From a virus, in IMG/VR virus record IMGVR_UViG_3300037247_001118, positions 1 through 64,000 of that record: a stretch of 64,000 nt of DNA. The stretch is one strand, 5' to 3'. This document shows positions 8,953 to 17,505 of this stretch, one piece after another. Position 1 is the stretch's first letter; each line of letters opens with the position of its first letter. A model generated the notes under the pieces. That model did not search any database, was not told the origin of the DNA, and was given only the letters and a program-made list of their open reading frames with translations. The translations under genes were made by a program, and so were the position numbers.

Positions 8953-9623
8953 TCTTTATCACTGGTCTGGGCAAGTGCGGGACTTCGTTCGTCGCCGAAT
9001 GCTTTCTAAAGCTAGGACTCGATCCCAGTGGGAGTTTCGATCTGACTATGAATGCCGGGTGGGAACACGTCCAGACACATGTCCTGTGTCGAGAGCTTCT
9101 CTTCGGCCCGACGCAGGCTCGATTCGTAACGTGCCGGCGAGCCGAGAAGTTGATGAAAAAGCCGATCTCTAAACGGGATCCGCGACCACTGAGACAGCGC
9201 CTATTGGAGTCCCTGCCCCCGCCAACCTGCGTGGTCAAGTCCCCATTGATCTTGCCACTACTAGAGCTGTGGATACATGCGGGGCTGGTAAGTCGCATTG
9301 TCTGGCCTCAGCGTCCGCTGGCACAGATTGCACGCTCGTGGGCGGCATGGGATCCGCGTGGCCTTCGGGGCATTTACACTGTCGGAGAAGGTGAAGACCC
9401 GGCGGAAATCCAGCGGGCGGCGCTTGACTATGGACGGCAGGCATGTGATCGCCACCACATCCCAGTATGCACGTTCCGCTTTCCCGAGGTACTCACTCCA
9501 GGAACCGAGGATGCTGAACTATTCCTAGGGGAGTTGATGTTCACTACGGGAAAGGGACGCAGTGAAGTAGTCGCGGCCGTGGCCGCTGTGAGTCGACCAG
9601 AGACGATGCGCGTTGGGAGGTAA
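8949..9623 (+). CDS. Sulfotransferase-family protein
   Basis: IFITGLGKCGTS (5'-PSB loop), VVKSP and QRPLAQIARS (3'-PB-like motif). Confidence 0.7.
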   Translation: MIFITGLGKCGTSFVAECFLKLGLDPSGSFDLTMNAGWEHVQTHVLCRELLFGPTQARFVTCRRAEKLMKKPISKRDPRPLRQRLLESLPPPTCVVKSPLILPLLELWIHAGLVSRIVWPQRPLAQIARSWAAWDPRGLRGIYTVGEGEDPAEIQRAALDYGRQACDRHHIPVCTFRFPEVLTPGTEDAELFLGELMFTTGKGRSEVVAAVAAVSRPETMRVGR

Positions 9624-9624
9624 C

Positions 9625-12321
9625 ATGACGATTAAGGTCTTTCTACACCCCGACTTCACTGGTACGGACAAGGGCGATGGTGGCATTAGGCGCGTTGTTG
9701 AGGCACAGCGTCGGCACCTTCCAGATCACGGGATCGAGCTCGTCGACGATGTCCAGAAAGCGGATCTGATTGCTACACACATCCTTGTTGACAAGCCAAT
9801 CCTGCGAACCGACACACGTGTACCTCTCGTCGTCCACAATCACGGCCTGTACTGGACCGAGTACGACTGGGATGAGGGCATCAAGCCCGAATACGCGAAT
9901 TGGTGCATCAAGGTCAACGCTGAGTGTCTGAAGGCGATCCGCATGGCGGATGCGGTTACGAGTCCCAGCGAGTGGGTAGCACAGGCGCTCCGCCGTAGCA
10001 GTCTACGTCGGGTCGTTCCTATCGGGCATGGTATCGAGGCGAAGGAGTGGCCGGCGCCACGACCGCGGAAGCAGGCCAGTTACGTGCTGTGGAACAAGAC
10101 GCGACCCGATGCTGTTTGCGACCCGGAGCCGGTCAACATCCTCGCCAAACGCGTGCCCGGCGTGAAGTTCGTCACCACCTTCGGTGATAAGAGTCTAGCG
10201 AATGTCGAGGTGACCGGCCGCGTTCCGTACGAGCGTGCCAAGCAGTACGTGCGCAAAGCTAGCGTCTATCTCTGCACACCACGCGAGACCTTCGGCATCG
10301 GCACCATCGAGGCGATGGCTGCCGGCGTGCCGATCCTCGGCTGGCGCTGGGGTGGTCAGGCGGAGTTTATCGAGCACAAGGTCACTGGCTGGCTCTCCAA
10401 GCCCGGCGATTACGACGACCTCATGCGCGGGCTCTCCTACTGTCTGGAGCATCGCGTTAGGATGGGGCAGGCCGCCCGCAAGGTGGCGTTGGCCCAATAT
10501 CAGTGGAAGGACATCATTGGTGCCTATGCTGACCTGTACAGGGAGACGCTTGAGGCCACGCGCCGTGAGCATCCGAAGATATCCGTCATCCTCCCAGCCT
10601 ATAAGCTGGCCGAGCATCTCCCTGCTGCGATTGCGTCCGTACGAGCTCAGACCGAGCAGGATTGGGAGTGCATCATCGTCGACGACGCCTCCCCGGACAA
10701 GTGCGGCGAGATTGCCGATGCGGCTGCTGCGGATGATCCACGATTCAAGGTCGTTCACAATGAGGAGAATCTGCACGTAGCCGGAACACTCAATGCCGGC
10801 GCAGCGGTGTCAACAGGTCGGTACCTTCTGCCCCTTGACGCCGACAATACCCTCCCTCGCCGAACGCTGGAATATCTCGCGCGAGCGCTTGACAAGGACC
10901 GCGCTATTGACATCGCGTACGGAAACGTCCTATTCCGAGATCTCGATGGGAAGGAATGGCATTCGGGCTGGCCACCCGAGTTCGTGGCAGAGCAGCAGGT
11001 GCTGAAGTTGACGAAGCCTGGCCAGATACCTGCTAACCTCATCCCCTCGACGGCACTATTCCGCCGCCGCGTCTGGGAACTCACGGGGGGTTGGCGACGG
11101 CGCCGCCGGAACGGAGAGGATCCCGACTTCTGGATGCGTGCGACTAGCTACGGATTCGTGGCTAAGCGCGTGACCGAGGCGGATACGTTGGTGTACCTGA
11201 ACCGGCCGGACTCTCTGAGCCGAACCGAAACCCTTACCGATTGGACCACATGGTTTCCTTGGGCACGCCAACTGGCACCGCCGCCGTCGGCAATTGACTT
11301 CGATGGAGAGGTGCTCGTCCCGTCCTACGAGCCGCTGCTGGTGAGCGTCATTATTCCCGTCGGGCCCGGGCACGAGGAGTTGGTGATCGATGCGCTCGAC
11401 AGCGTTGACGCACAGACCTTCCGCCTGTGGGAGTGCATCGTGGTCAACGATACTGGCAAGCCGTTGCGCTATACGCCGTCATGGGCGCGAGTCATCAACA
11501 CGCCCGGCAAGGTAGGTGTGGGTGCGGCGCGCAACCGCGGCATCGCCGCGTCGAAAGCGGCACTCTTCCTGCCGCTGGACGCTGACGATACGCTTGAGCC
11601 GGACGCGCTCACTTACCTGTACGCCGCCCACAAAGAGGTCGGCGGCGTTGTCTACTCCGACTGGTACGAGCGGTGGGAGGGCCAGCCTGTCAAGGTCTGG
11701 CAGACTCCCGAGTACGACGCCAAGGACCTCCTGGCTAAGGGCTGCATCCACGCCATCACAGCGCTGTACGTGAAGGCGGACTGGGAACGCGTCGGTGGCT
11801 TCGATGAGAAGGTGCCTGCATGGGAGGACTGGGACTACCAGCTCAAGATGGCCGAGATCGGCGTCTGCGGTACTCGCATTCCGCAGCCGCTCTTTACCTA
11901 CCGCAAGGACGAGGGGATGCGCCGGGAAGACAACTACGCGCGCTTCCAGGAGAACAAGGAGGTACTGGGCAAGAAGTGGGCCAAGTACGTAGACGGAAAG
12001 GAGACACTCATGGCATGCAGAAGTTGCTCGAAGAAGAAGGTGAAGGCTCTCGCCGGCGACGTTTCCGCAGGGCCGACAGCCGCTCAGCGAGTGCGGGCAG
12101 CTACCGCGAACGGCGGCGCGGGCGCTGAGGGGGGCGAGTATGCTATCATAGAGTACGTGGGGCGCAAGCGCGGATCACAGAACTTCCGTGGCCCCAGCGG
12201 GACTCAATACCGGTTCGCCGCCGACGGTCCCGACCAGGTCAAGTACGTGCTCGCGGCAGACGCGGCCTACTTCCTGGCCAAGATAGACTTCCGCCGAGGC
12301 GAAGTTCGACAGGAGGCATAG
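9625..12321 (+). CDS. Tri-domain glycosyltransferase (GT4 + GT2 + GT2) with C-terminal CxxC extension
   Basis: GT4 motif ETFGIGTIEAMAAG.P. First GT2: ISVILPAY...IVDDASPD...LDAD. Second GT2: VSVIIPVGP...VVND...LDADD...GGFDE...EDWD. Start ATG 9625. Confidence 0.92.
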   Translation: MTIKVFLHPDFTGTDKGDGGIRRVVEAQRRHLPDHGIELVDDVQKADLIATHILVDKPILRTDTRVPLVVHNHGLYWTEYDWDEGIKPEYANWCIKVNAECLKAIRMADAVTSPSEWVAQALRRSSLRRVVPIGHGIEAKEWPAPRPRKQASYVLWNKTRPDAVCDPEPVNILAKRVPGVKFVTTFGDKSLANVEVTGRVPYERAKQYVRKASVYLCTPRETFGIGTIEAMAAGVPILGWRWGGQAEFIEHKVTGWLSKPGDYDDLMRGLSYCLEHRVRMGQAARKVALAQYQWKDIIGAYADLYRETLEATRREHPKISVILPAYKLAEHLPAAIASVRAQTEQDWECIIVDDASPDKCGEIADAAAADDPRFKVVHNEENLHVAGTLNAGAAVSTGRYLLPLDADNTLPRRTLEYLARALDKDRAIDIAYGNVLFRDLDGKEWHSGWPPEFVAEQQVLKLTKPGQIPANLIPSTALFRRRVWELTGGWRRRRRNGEDPDFWMRATSYGFVAKRVTEADTLVYLNRPDSLSRTETLTDWTTWFPWARQLAPPPSAIDFDGEVLVPSYEPLLVSVIIPVGPGHEELVIDALDSVDAQTFRLWECIVVNDTGKPLRYTPSWARVINTPGKVGVGAARNRGIAASKAALFLPLDADDTLEPDALTYLYAAHKEVGGVVYSDWYERWEGQPVKVWQTPEYDAKDLLAKGCIHAITALYVKADWERVGGFDEKVPAWEDWDYQLKMAEIGVCGTRIPQPLFTYRKDEGMRREDNYARFQENKEVLGKKWAKYVDGKETLMACRSCSKKKVKALAGDVSAGPTAAQRVRAATANGGAGAEGGEYAIIEYVGRKRGSQNFRGPSGTQYRFAADGPDQVKYVLAADAAYFLAKIDFRRGEVRQEA

Positions 12322-12323
12322 AC

Positions 12324-12542
12324 ATGGCTAGCGTGACCGTAGACTTTGAGGACAAGGACACAGTGGCAATCCGCATCGACGACAGCGGCTTCTTCGGCTT
12401 GGCCACAGACAAGTTCGATGTCGAGTTCGAGGAGCGGGGGATGCAAGGCGGTGCCGTTACCGTTGCCGAGCTGAGCCTCCGTCCAGCTACCGCCCGTGCG
12501 CTTTTCCTCCGCCTTGCCGAGGCGCTCACAGAGGAAGTGTAG
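12324..12542 (+). CDS. Hypothetical protein
   Basis: Tightly packed ORF with RBS. Confidence 0.55.
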   Translation: MASVTVDFEDKDTVAIRIDDSGFFGLATDKFDVEFEERGMQGGAVTVAELSLRPATARALFLRLAEALTEEV

Positions 12543-12851
12543 ATGGGCATCGAGCAAGCCATCCTCATCGGACTTGCCGCGTGGCGCCTGACGGCTCTTC
12601 TCTCCTATGAGCGGGGTCCCTTCGACGTATTCGTACGACTGCGCACCCTGCTCGGCTTCGAGCACGACGACGAAGGGCGTCCCGACTCGTGGCCGAGCGG
12701 AGTGCTGCGAGACGTGATCGCCTGCCCCTGGTGCCTCGGCCTCCCGATGGCCGCTGTAGCGTTCGGCCTCTGGCAGGCCGTGCCGCTCGCCGTCATCGTA
12801 CTGGCCGCCGCGACGGTGGTCGTGGCTGTGGAGAGGTGGACGAACTCATGA
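12543..12851 (+). CDS. DUF1360-like membrane protein
   Basis: LAAWRLT.LL...GPF...LR...CPWCLG pattern with hydrophobic helices. Confidence 0.7.
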   Translation: MGIEQAILIGLAAWRLTALLSYERGPFDVFVRLRTLLGFEHDDEGRPDSWPSGVLRDVIACPWCLGLPMAAVAFGLWQAVPLAVIVLAAATVVVAVERWTNS

Positions 12852-13009
12852 CGTCGAAAGTAACCCTGTGGGAGTTGATAAGTAGGCCGCCCTATCCTTC
12901 TGCGGTCATCTCCGACCCGCCGAGCGGTAGCCACATGGTAACGAGCATCTACGTGGACAGTGACAAAAAGCTAGTGATCGCATACAGCGATATTCCGAGA
13001 GGAGACTGA
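12848..13009 (+). CDS. Small hypothetical protein
   Basis: ATGA overlap with the upstream gene; RBS GAGAGG. Confidence 0.5.
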   Translation: MTSKVTLWELISRPPYPSAVISDPPSGSHMVTSIYVDSDKKLVIAYSDIPRGD

Positions 13010-13012
13010 CCT

Positions 13013-13336
13013 ATGGCCATCGCAACGTTGACCATAGACCCAGGCGCAGCGGCTCTGACACCTAATGAGCATGTTGCGGCGATCAACTCAGCGACTGCTG
13101 TGATTGACCGAGCAAGTTCTGTAGACCCGGCCGCCAGACCGATTGCGCCTGGCGAGATAACTATTGCCGAGTTAGCGAGTGCAGCGGCCAAGGGCAACTT
13201 GGACGCCATGCCCGACGTGGATCGCGGCTATATTCAGACTCGTCCGGTGGCCACTAGCGGCGATTTCAAGGTCATCGCGCTCAAGAGGACATCAGTCGGA
13301 CTGGTCGAGGTCGAGTACGACGACGTCGCCGTCTAG
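13013..13336 (+). CDS. Hypothetical (probable virion) protein
   Basis: RBS AGGAG; lies in the structural module. Confidence 0.55.
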   Translation: MAIATLTIDPGAAALTPNEHVAAINSATAVIDRASSVDPAARPIAPGEITIAELASAAAKGNLDAMPDVDRGYIQTRPVATSGDFKVIALKRTSVGLVEVEYDDVAV

Positions 13337-13354
13337 GGTATTGGAGTTGTTCTG

Positions 13355-14611
13355 ATGGCTAGAGCAGAGACAAAGACGAAGCTCCCCCTCGACCGCTGGG
13401 CGCAGATTGTCGGCATCAATCCGATGCACTTCAACGGCGTCTACGTCCGCGCTCCCACAACTTGTGCCGAACCGTGGCTCCAATTCCCGTACCAGACCGC
13501 CGACCGCGTGAGCCGTGAGGAGGTGGCGATTGCCATCGCGCACGCTGAGGCCATGTGCGAGCGGTTCCTCCGATACCGACTGCTCCCCACATGGGAGACC
13601 GACGAGTGGCACGAGAGCATCCGGCCGAATCTGCCCGAGCTCCACAACATCAGCGTCAGCGATCTGCGAGGGTATTCGCAGACGGTGCAGGCCAAGCACG
13701 GACACTTCCTCTCAGGAGGAATCCGAGCGTCGACGCTCATTGAGGCGGACACCGCCGTCGCATACACCGACCCGGACGGCGACAGCTACGACGAGGTCGC
13801 TACGGTCACCGTCACGGTAGATGTGGGACAGAGCGGCTGCGAGCTGCGCGTCTACTTCCCCGTCTCCAACACCATGGTAGCCACCGGAGGCGAGGACCAG
13901 TGGGAGATCAAGCCCATCAGCGTCTCGGTCAGTGGCACGACCGCGACCATTACCTTCCGGCGCGAGCAGGCAGTCCTGCCGCAGCTACAGGTAGACCTGG
14001 TGCCGCCGACGGACGACAGCCACCTTCGCGGTGTGGACGGCGCAGACGCTGCCAACTTCCTTGACGAGGTCGATGTCTACCGCGTCTACAACGACCCGCA
14101 GACACAGGCCACATTCCTGTGGGAGCCGTTCGAGTGCGACGACGCTGCGCTAGGCTCGTATATAGCGCAGACGGGGTTCCTGATGATACGCGACGATCCG
14201 CGGCTGAGCCGTGTTGGCTACCGCGCTGGCACATGGGACTCTGCGACCTCAGCGTTCGTAGCGGTGGAGTGGGCACGCCAGCGGTCGCCGGACATCGTGC
14301 GGCTCTGGTACTACGCAGGCCTGCGCACCAAGAACCTTGACTGTCCGACGGTGGCGATGGATCCCGACTGGGAGCGCACCGTCGCCTACTTCGCGGCGGC
14401 GCTGCTGGACCGCCCCATTTGCGAGTGCAACAACGTCCAGGCGTGGGTGGCGCACTGGCAGCGCGACCTGGCGATTGCCGGCGAGGAGGAGGGGCTATCC
14501 ATCTCTCCCGCCGATCTAGACAGCGAGTTCGGAACACGACGCGGAGCGGTCGCAGCATGGCGGCGCGTGATCGGCGAGGACGGCGCGGTAGGGCATGGAG
14601 TGTCCCCATAG
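13355..14611 (+). CDS. Putative head-completion/head-tail connector protein
   Basis: Position between the head and tail genes; VRLWYYAG motif typical of adaptor proteins. Confidence 0.5.
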   Translation: MARAETKTKLPLDRWAQIVGINPMHFNGVYVRAPTTCAEPWLQFPYQTADRVSREEVAIAIAHAEAMCERFLRYRLLPTWETDEWHESIRPNLPELHNISVSDLRGYSQTVQAKHGHFLSGGIRASTLIEADTAVAYTDPDGDSYDEVATVTVTVDVGQSGCELRVYFPVSNTMVATGGEDQWEIKPISVSVSGTTATITFRREQAVLPQLQVDLVPPTDDSHLRGVDGADAANFLDEVDVYRVYNDPQTQATFLWEPFECDDAALGSYIAQTGFLMIRDDPRLSRVGYRAGTWDSATSAFVAVEWARQRSPDIVRLWYYAGLRTKNLDCPTVAMDPDWERTVAYFAAALLDRPICECNNVQAWVAHWQRDLAIAGEEEGLSISPADLDSEFGTRRGAVAAWRRVIGEDGAVGHGVSP

Positions 14612-14619
14612 GATGCGTC

Positions 14620-14799
14620 ATGTACGCCCAGATCAGCCTACGCTCTCATGTTGCCAAAGGCTCGGCGAGCTTTCTGGCCGCAGCGGTAACTCTGGCGATG
14701 GCTCAGGAGTGGGCCACGTGGGCGTTGGCACAGCGCAAGTGGTGGAAGCTGATCCCTGCCTACGTCCTGGCCACCTTCGCCCTTTTCGAGGCGCACTAA
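14620..14799 (+). CDS. Small hydrophobic hypothetical protein
   Basis: MYAQISL... ORF fills the gap between neighbouring genes. Confidence 0.35.
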   Translation: MYAQISLRSHVAKGSASFLAAAVTLAMAQEWATWALAQRKWWKLIPAYVLATFALFEAH

Positions 14800-14837
14800 G
14801 TCTGGATCCGGGTCGAGACGATTGCGGGGTGGCGTAG

Positions 14838-15134
14838 ATGAGACAGGCCAGACATACCGACGACAAGGGCCGCATCCATGTCGTGCTCCTACCTGACGAT
14901 GCACCCGACAGCCACGCCGCATTGGGCATTCCGGTCGGCCCACCCTCGCTGAAGTCGCTGGGGTTGCCGGAGGAAATCGAGACGCGCCTACACAACCAGC
15001 TCGTCGCCCGACGCATCCTGACGGCAGCCGACGCGAAGGCACACCGAACCGACGTTTTCGGCGCCTTGCAGAAGGCGCTATCAGTGGATATCAACCGGGT
15101 CATAACGTGCTATAATGAGGATGCAACCGAATAG
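14838..15134 (+). CDS. Hypothetical protein (tail module)
   Basis: 98-aa ORF directly upstream of the tail tube gene. Confidence 0.6.
   Translation: MRQARHTDDKGRIHVVLLPDDAPDSHAALGIPVGPPSLKSLGLPEEIETRLHNQLVARRILTAADAKAHRTDVFGALQKALSVDINRVITCYNEDATE
15108..15116 (+). promoter_or_regulatory. Extended -10 promoter element upstream of the major tail gene
   Basis: TGCTATAAT about 50 nt before ATG 15165. Confidence 0.5.
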
Positions 15135-15164
15135 CATACACCCTCAGAAGGAGGTTACCTAGAC

Positions 15165-16661
15165 ATGCCACCTGTACGAAGCCCATTCTCCCGTGTCTTC
15201 ACAATTGAAGACCGCGCTGGCCCGGCAAACGTGCCGGTCTACCTTGGCGAGGGTCGCGCCATGGGTCCCAGTTGGGGATTCGGCGACCGCACCCCGATCC
15301 GAAAGCCAGACCCGAACCGCTACGGCGCGTTCACCATCGTCGACGCTATCAAGGCTGAGCGTGGCCTTCCCGCCCTGAGCATCGAGAACCGCTACCAGTA
15401 CACCATTTCGGACTTCCTCCGAATGGCGCGGCGCGGCTGCGCGATTGACCTGCAAGTCCACTTTGGCCAGTGCGCAGATCCGCGCGACTTCAATGGCGGC
15501 TGGGACAAGATTCTGGTACTGGAAGGGGCGGACTTCTCCAACTTCAACACAAACGAGTTGGGAGCGCTTGAGCAGGGCGAGGACGCCGTCGTCAACGAGA
15601 CCGTTGACTTCAACGGCCTCGACATGTACGAGATCCTGAAGATCTCCTTCGCCGAGTTGGCGAGTACCGAGGTCATGGGTCAAGTGTATGCGGTCGTGAT
15701 CTGCGACTCCGTAACCTGTGGCGAGTGTGGATTGCCGTCTACAGGCTGCCAGCGCATCTTCGCCGTTACCGAACTTCAGCTCGGATCACCGGGACTGCCG
15801 GCTGAGTTGATCTTCAGCTCAGATGGGGGCGATACCATCGGCGAGACAAACATCTCGACACTGGGCCCGACCGAAGACCCGAGTGGTATGGCGTGTGTGG
15901 GGACGAACCTAGTAGTCGTCTCGAACGACTCCTGCTCGATCCACTATGCGCCCATCGCGGATATCCTTGATGGGATCGAGACCTGGACGGAGATTGCGAC
16001 CGGGCTCACGTGTGCCGCGGGCGCCCCGAACGCCATCTTCAGCCTTGGGAGCCGGTTCACCTGGATCGTCGGCGATGGTGGGTACATCTACTTCACCAAC
16101 GACATCACGGCCGGCGTTGATACACAGGATGCCGGGGTGGCGGTCACTGATGACCTGAACGACATCCACGGCTTTGACGAGCTCAACCTCGTAGCGGTAG
16201 GCGACGCTGGCGCGGTTGTCGTCACCAGGAACGGCGGCGAAACGTGGGCAACGGCTGCCAGCGAGCCGCCCGGAAACCTAGAACTTACGACCGTGTGGAT
16301 GCGGAGCGCAGACGAGTGGTTCGTCGGCACGGCCACTGGGCTCCTGTTCTACACCCGCAACGCGGGAACCACGTGGGTAGCGAAGGCATTCCCTGGCTCT
16401 GGTGCTGGCCAAGTCCGAGATATCGTCTTCGCAACGCCGACTGTCGGTTACCTCGCGCACGATACTATCGCGCCGCTCGGCCGGATTCTCCGTACCATTG
16501 ATGGAGGCCAGAGCTGGTACGTGCTGCCCGAAGGAACGGGCGCCATTCCCACTAACGCTCAAATCAATTCGCTTGCTGCTTGCGCCGAAGATGTAAACAT
16601 CGTTTACGGTGGTGGTCTCGGGGCCGGCGACGACGGGTTCCTCGTGAAGGCATCAGCGTAA
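15165..16661 (+). CDS. Major tail (tube) protein with C-terminal YCF48/BNR-type beta-propeller
   Basis: Strong RBS; precedes the chaperone and tape measure genes. Asp-box repeats SSDGGDT, TRNGGETW, TRNAGTTW and TIDGGQSW. Confidence 0.65.
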   Translation: MPPVRSPFSRVFTIEDRAGPANVPVYLGEGRAMGPSWGFGDRTPIRKPDPNRYGAFTIVDAIKAERGLPALSIENRYQYTISDFLRMARRGCAIDLQVHFGQCADPRDFNGGWDKILVLEGADFSNFNTNELGALEQGEDAVVNETVDFNGLDMYEILKISFAELASTEVMGQVYAVVICDSVTCGECGLPSTGCQRIFAVTELQLGSPGLPAELIFSSDGGDTIGETNISTLGPTEDPSGMACVGTNLVVVSNDSCSIHYAPIADILDGIETWTEIATGLTCAAGAPNAIFSLGSRFTWIVGDGGYIYFTNDITAGVDTQDAGVAVTDDLNDIHGFDELNLVAVGDAGAVVVTRNGGETWATAASEPPGNLELTTVWMRSADEWFVGTATGLLFYTRNAGTTWVAKAFPGSGAGQVRDIVFATPTVGYLAHDTIAPLGRILRTIDGGQSWYVLPEGTGAIPTNAQINSLAACAEDVNIVYGGGLGAGDDGFLVKASA

Positions 16662-16679
16662 TGGGAAAGGTAGAGGTGT

Positions 16680-17327
16680 ATGCCAGCGAAGAGAAAGGCC
16701 AAAGCTAGCCAAAGGGCATTCGATGCAGCTGTAGGCGGCAGCAGCGTCGCACCAGAGGCGGCGCCGACAACTGTCACCCTAAGTTGCGGGGTGGTTCTGC
16801 GGTTCAAGCCAGTACCGAGCCTCGCTATCCGCGAGGCCGCGATGCGTATTGAGGCGCCAGCGGTGCCTACAGTTCACATCGAGGACAAAGGGCGCGACGA
16901 GGAGAATCCCAACGACCCGGCCTATAAGTGGGCGGTTGCTGAGTTTGAGGCGGCTCGGGCGATGGTCGCCAACGACGTCATCCTTCTCTTGGGCAACGAG
17001 ATCGAGTCGGTACCCGAGGACGTGGCAGCCATACAGGATCAGAGCTGGATCGAAGACCTACAGGCAGTCGGCATCGAGTTCGACGCCGAGAACCGAGCAG
17101 CCCGCAAACTGGCCTGGCTCAAGTTCTACGTCCTCCGCACAGACGCGGACTCGCTGAAGGCGCTCATGGGACCGATGCGCTCGGCCGGAGTGGGGGAGGT
17201 GGACGTGGCGAAAGCCATGGACTCCTTTCGGGATCGAGAGGAACGGTCGGCCGATAACGGAGCTGGGCTTCCGGACGGTGGCGACGGGGCTGACGATACC
17301 GAGCCAAGTGCCGGGGCTGGTGCCTGA
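16680..17327 (+). CDS. Tail assembly chaperone (gpG-like)
   Basis: Between the tail tube and tape measure genes; carries a frameshift motif at 17223-17231. Confidence 0.7.
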   Translation: MPAKRKAKASQRAFDAAVGGSSVAPEAAPTTVTLSCGVVLRFKPVPSLAIREAAMRIEAPAVPTVHIEDKGRDEENPNDPAYKWAVAEFEAARAMVANDVILLLGNEIESVPEDVAAIQDQSWIEDLQAVGIEFDAENRAARKLAWLKFYVLRTDADSLKALMGPMRSAGVGEVDVAKAMDSFRDREERSADNGAGLPDGGDGADDTEPSAGAGA

Positions 17328-17505
17328 GTTCGAGGAGCGCGAGGCAGCTACCGCAGGGAGGTACACGTGGACAGATTGGCAGCAGCTCCCCTACGCGGAG
17401 CGTGTGGATGGAGTCGCTCACTACCGACTCCATCTCTTGATATCTCTACACCGGCAGGACGCATCCGACCGGCACACGGCACAGAGGCAGAAGAGGCATA
17501 AGTAG
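17227..17505 (+). CDS. Tail assembly chaperone extension (gpT-like), reached by +1 frameshift
   Basis: The +1 frame is open from TTC 17227 to TAG 17505 (FGIERNGRPITELGFRTVAT...YTWTDWQQLP...) and ends at the tape measure ATG. Confidence 0.65.
   Translation, partial: FGIERNGRPITELGFRTVATGLTIPSQVPGLVPEFEEREAATAGRYTWTDWQQLPYAERVDGVAHYRLHLLISLHRQDASDRHTAQRQKRHK

Noticed and set aside
3186-12321. Glycosyltransferases as DNA hypermodification enzymes
   Set aside because: No hydroxymethylase, TET/JBP or thymidylate-synthase-like gene is visible, and the cluster lies in the structural operon. Not excluded, but less likely.
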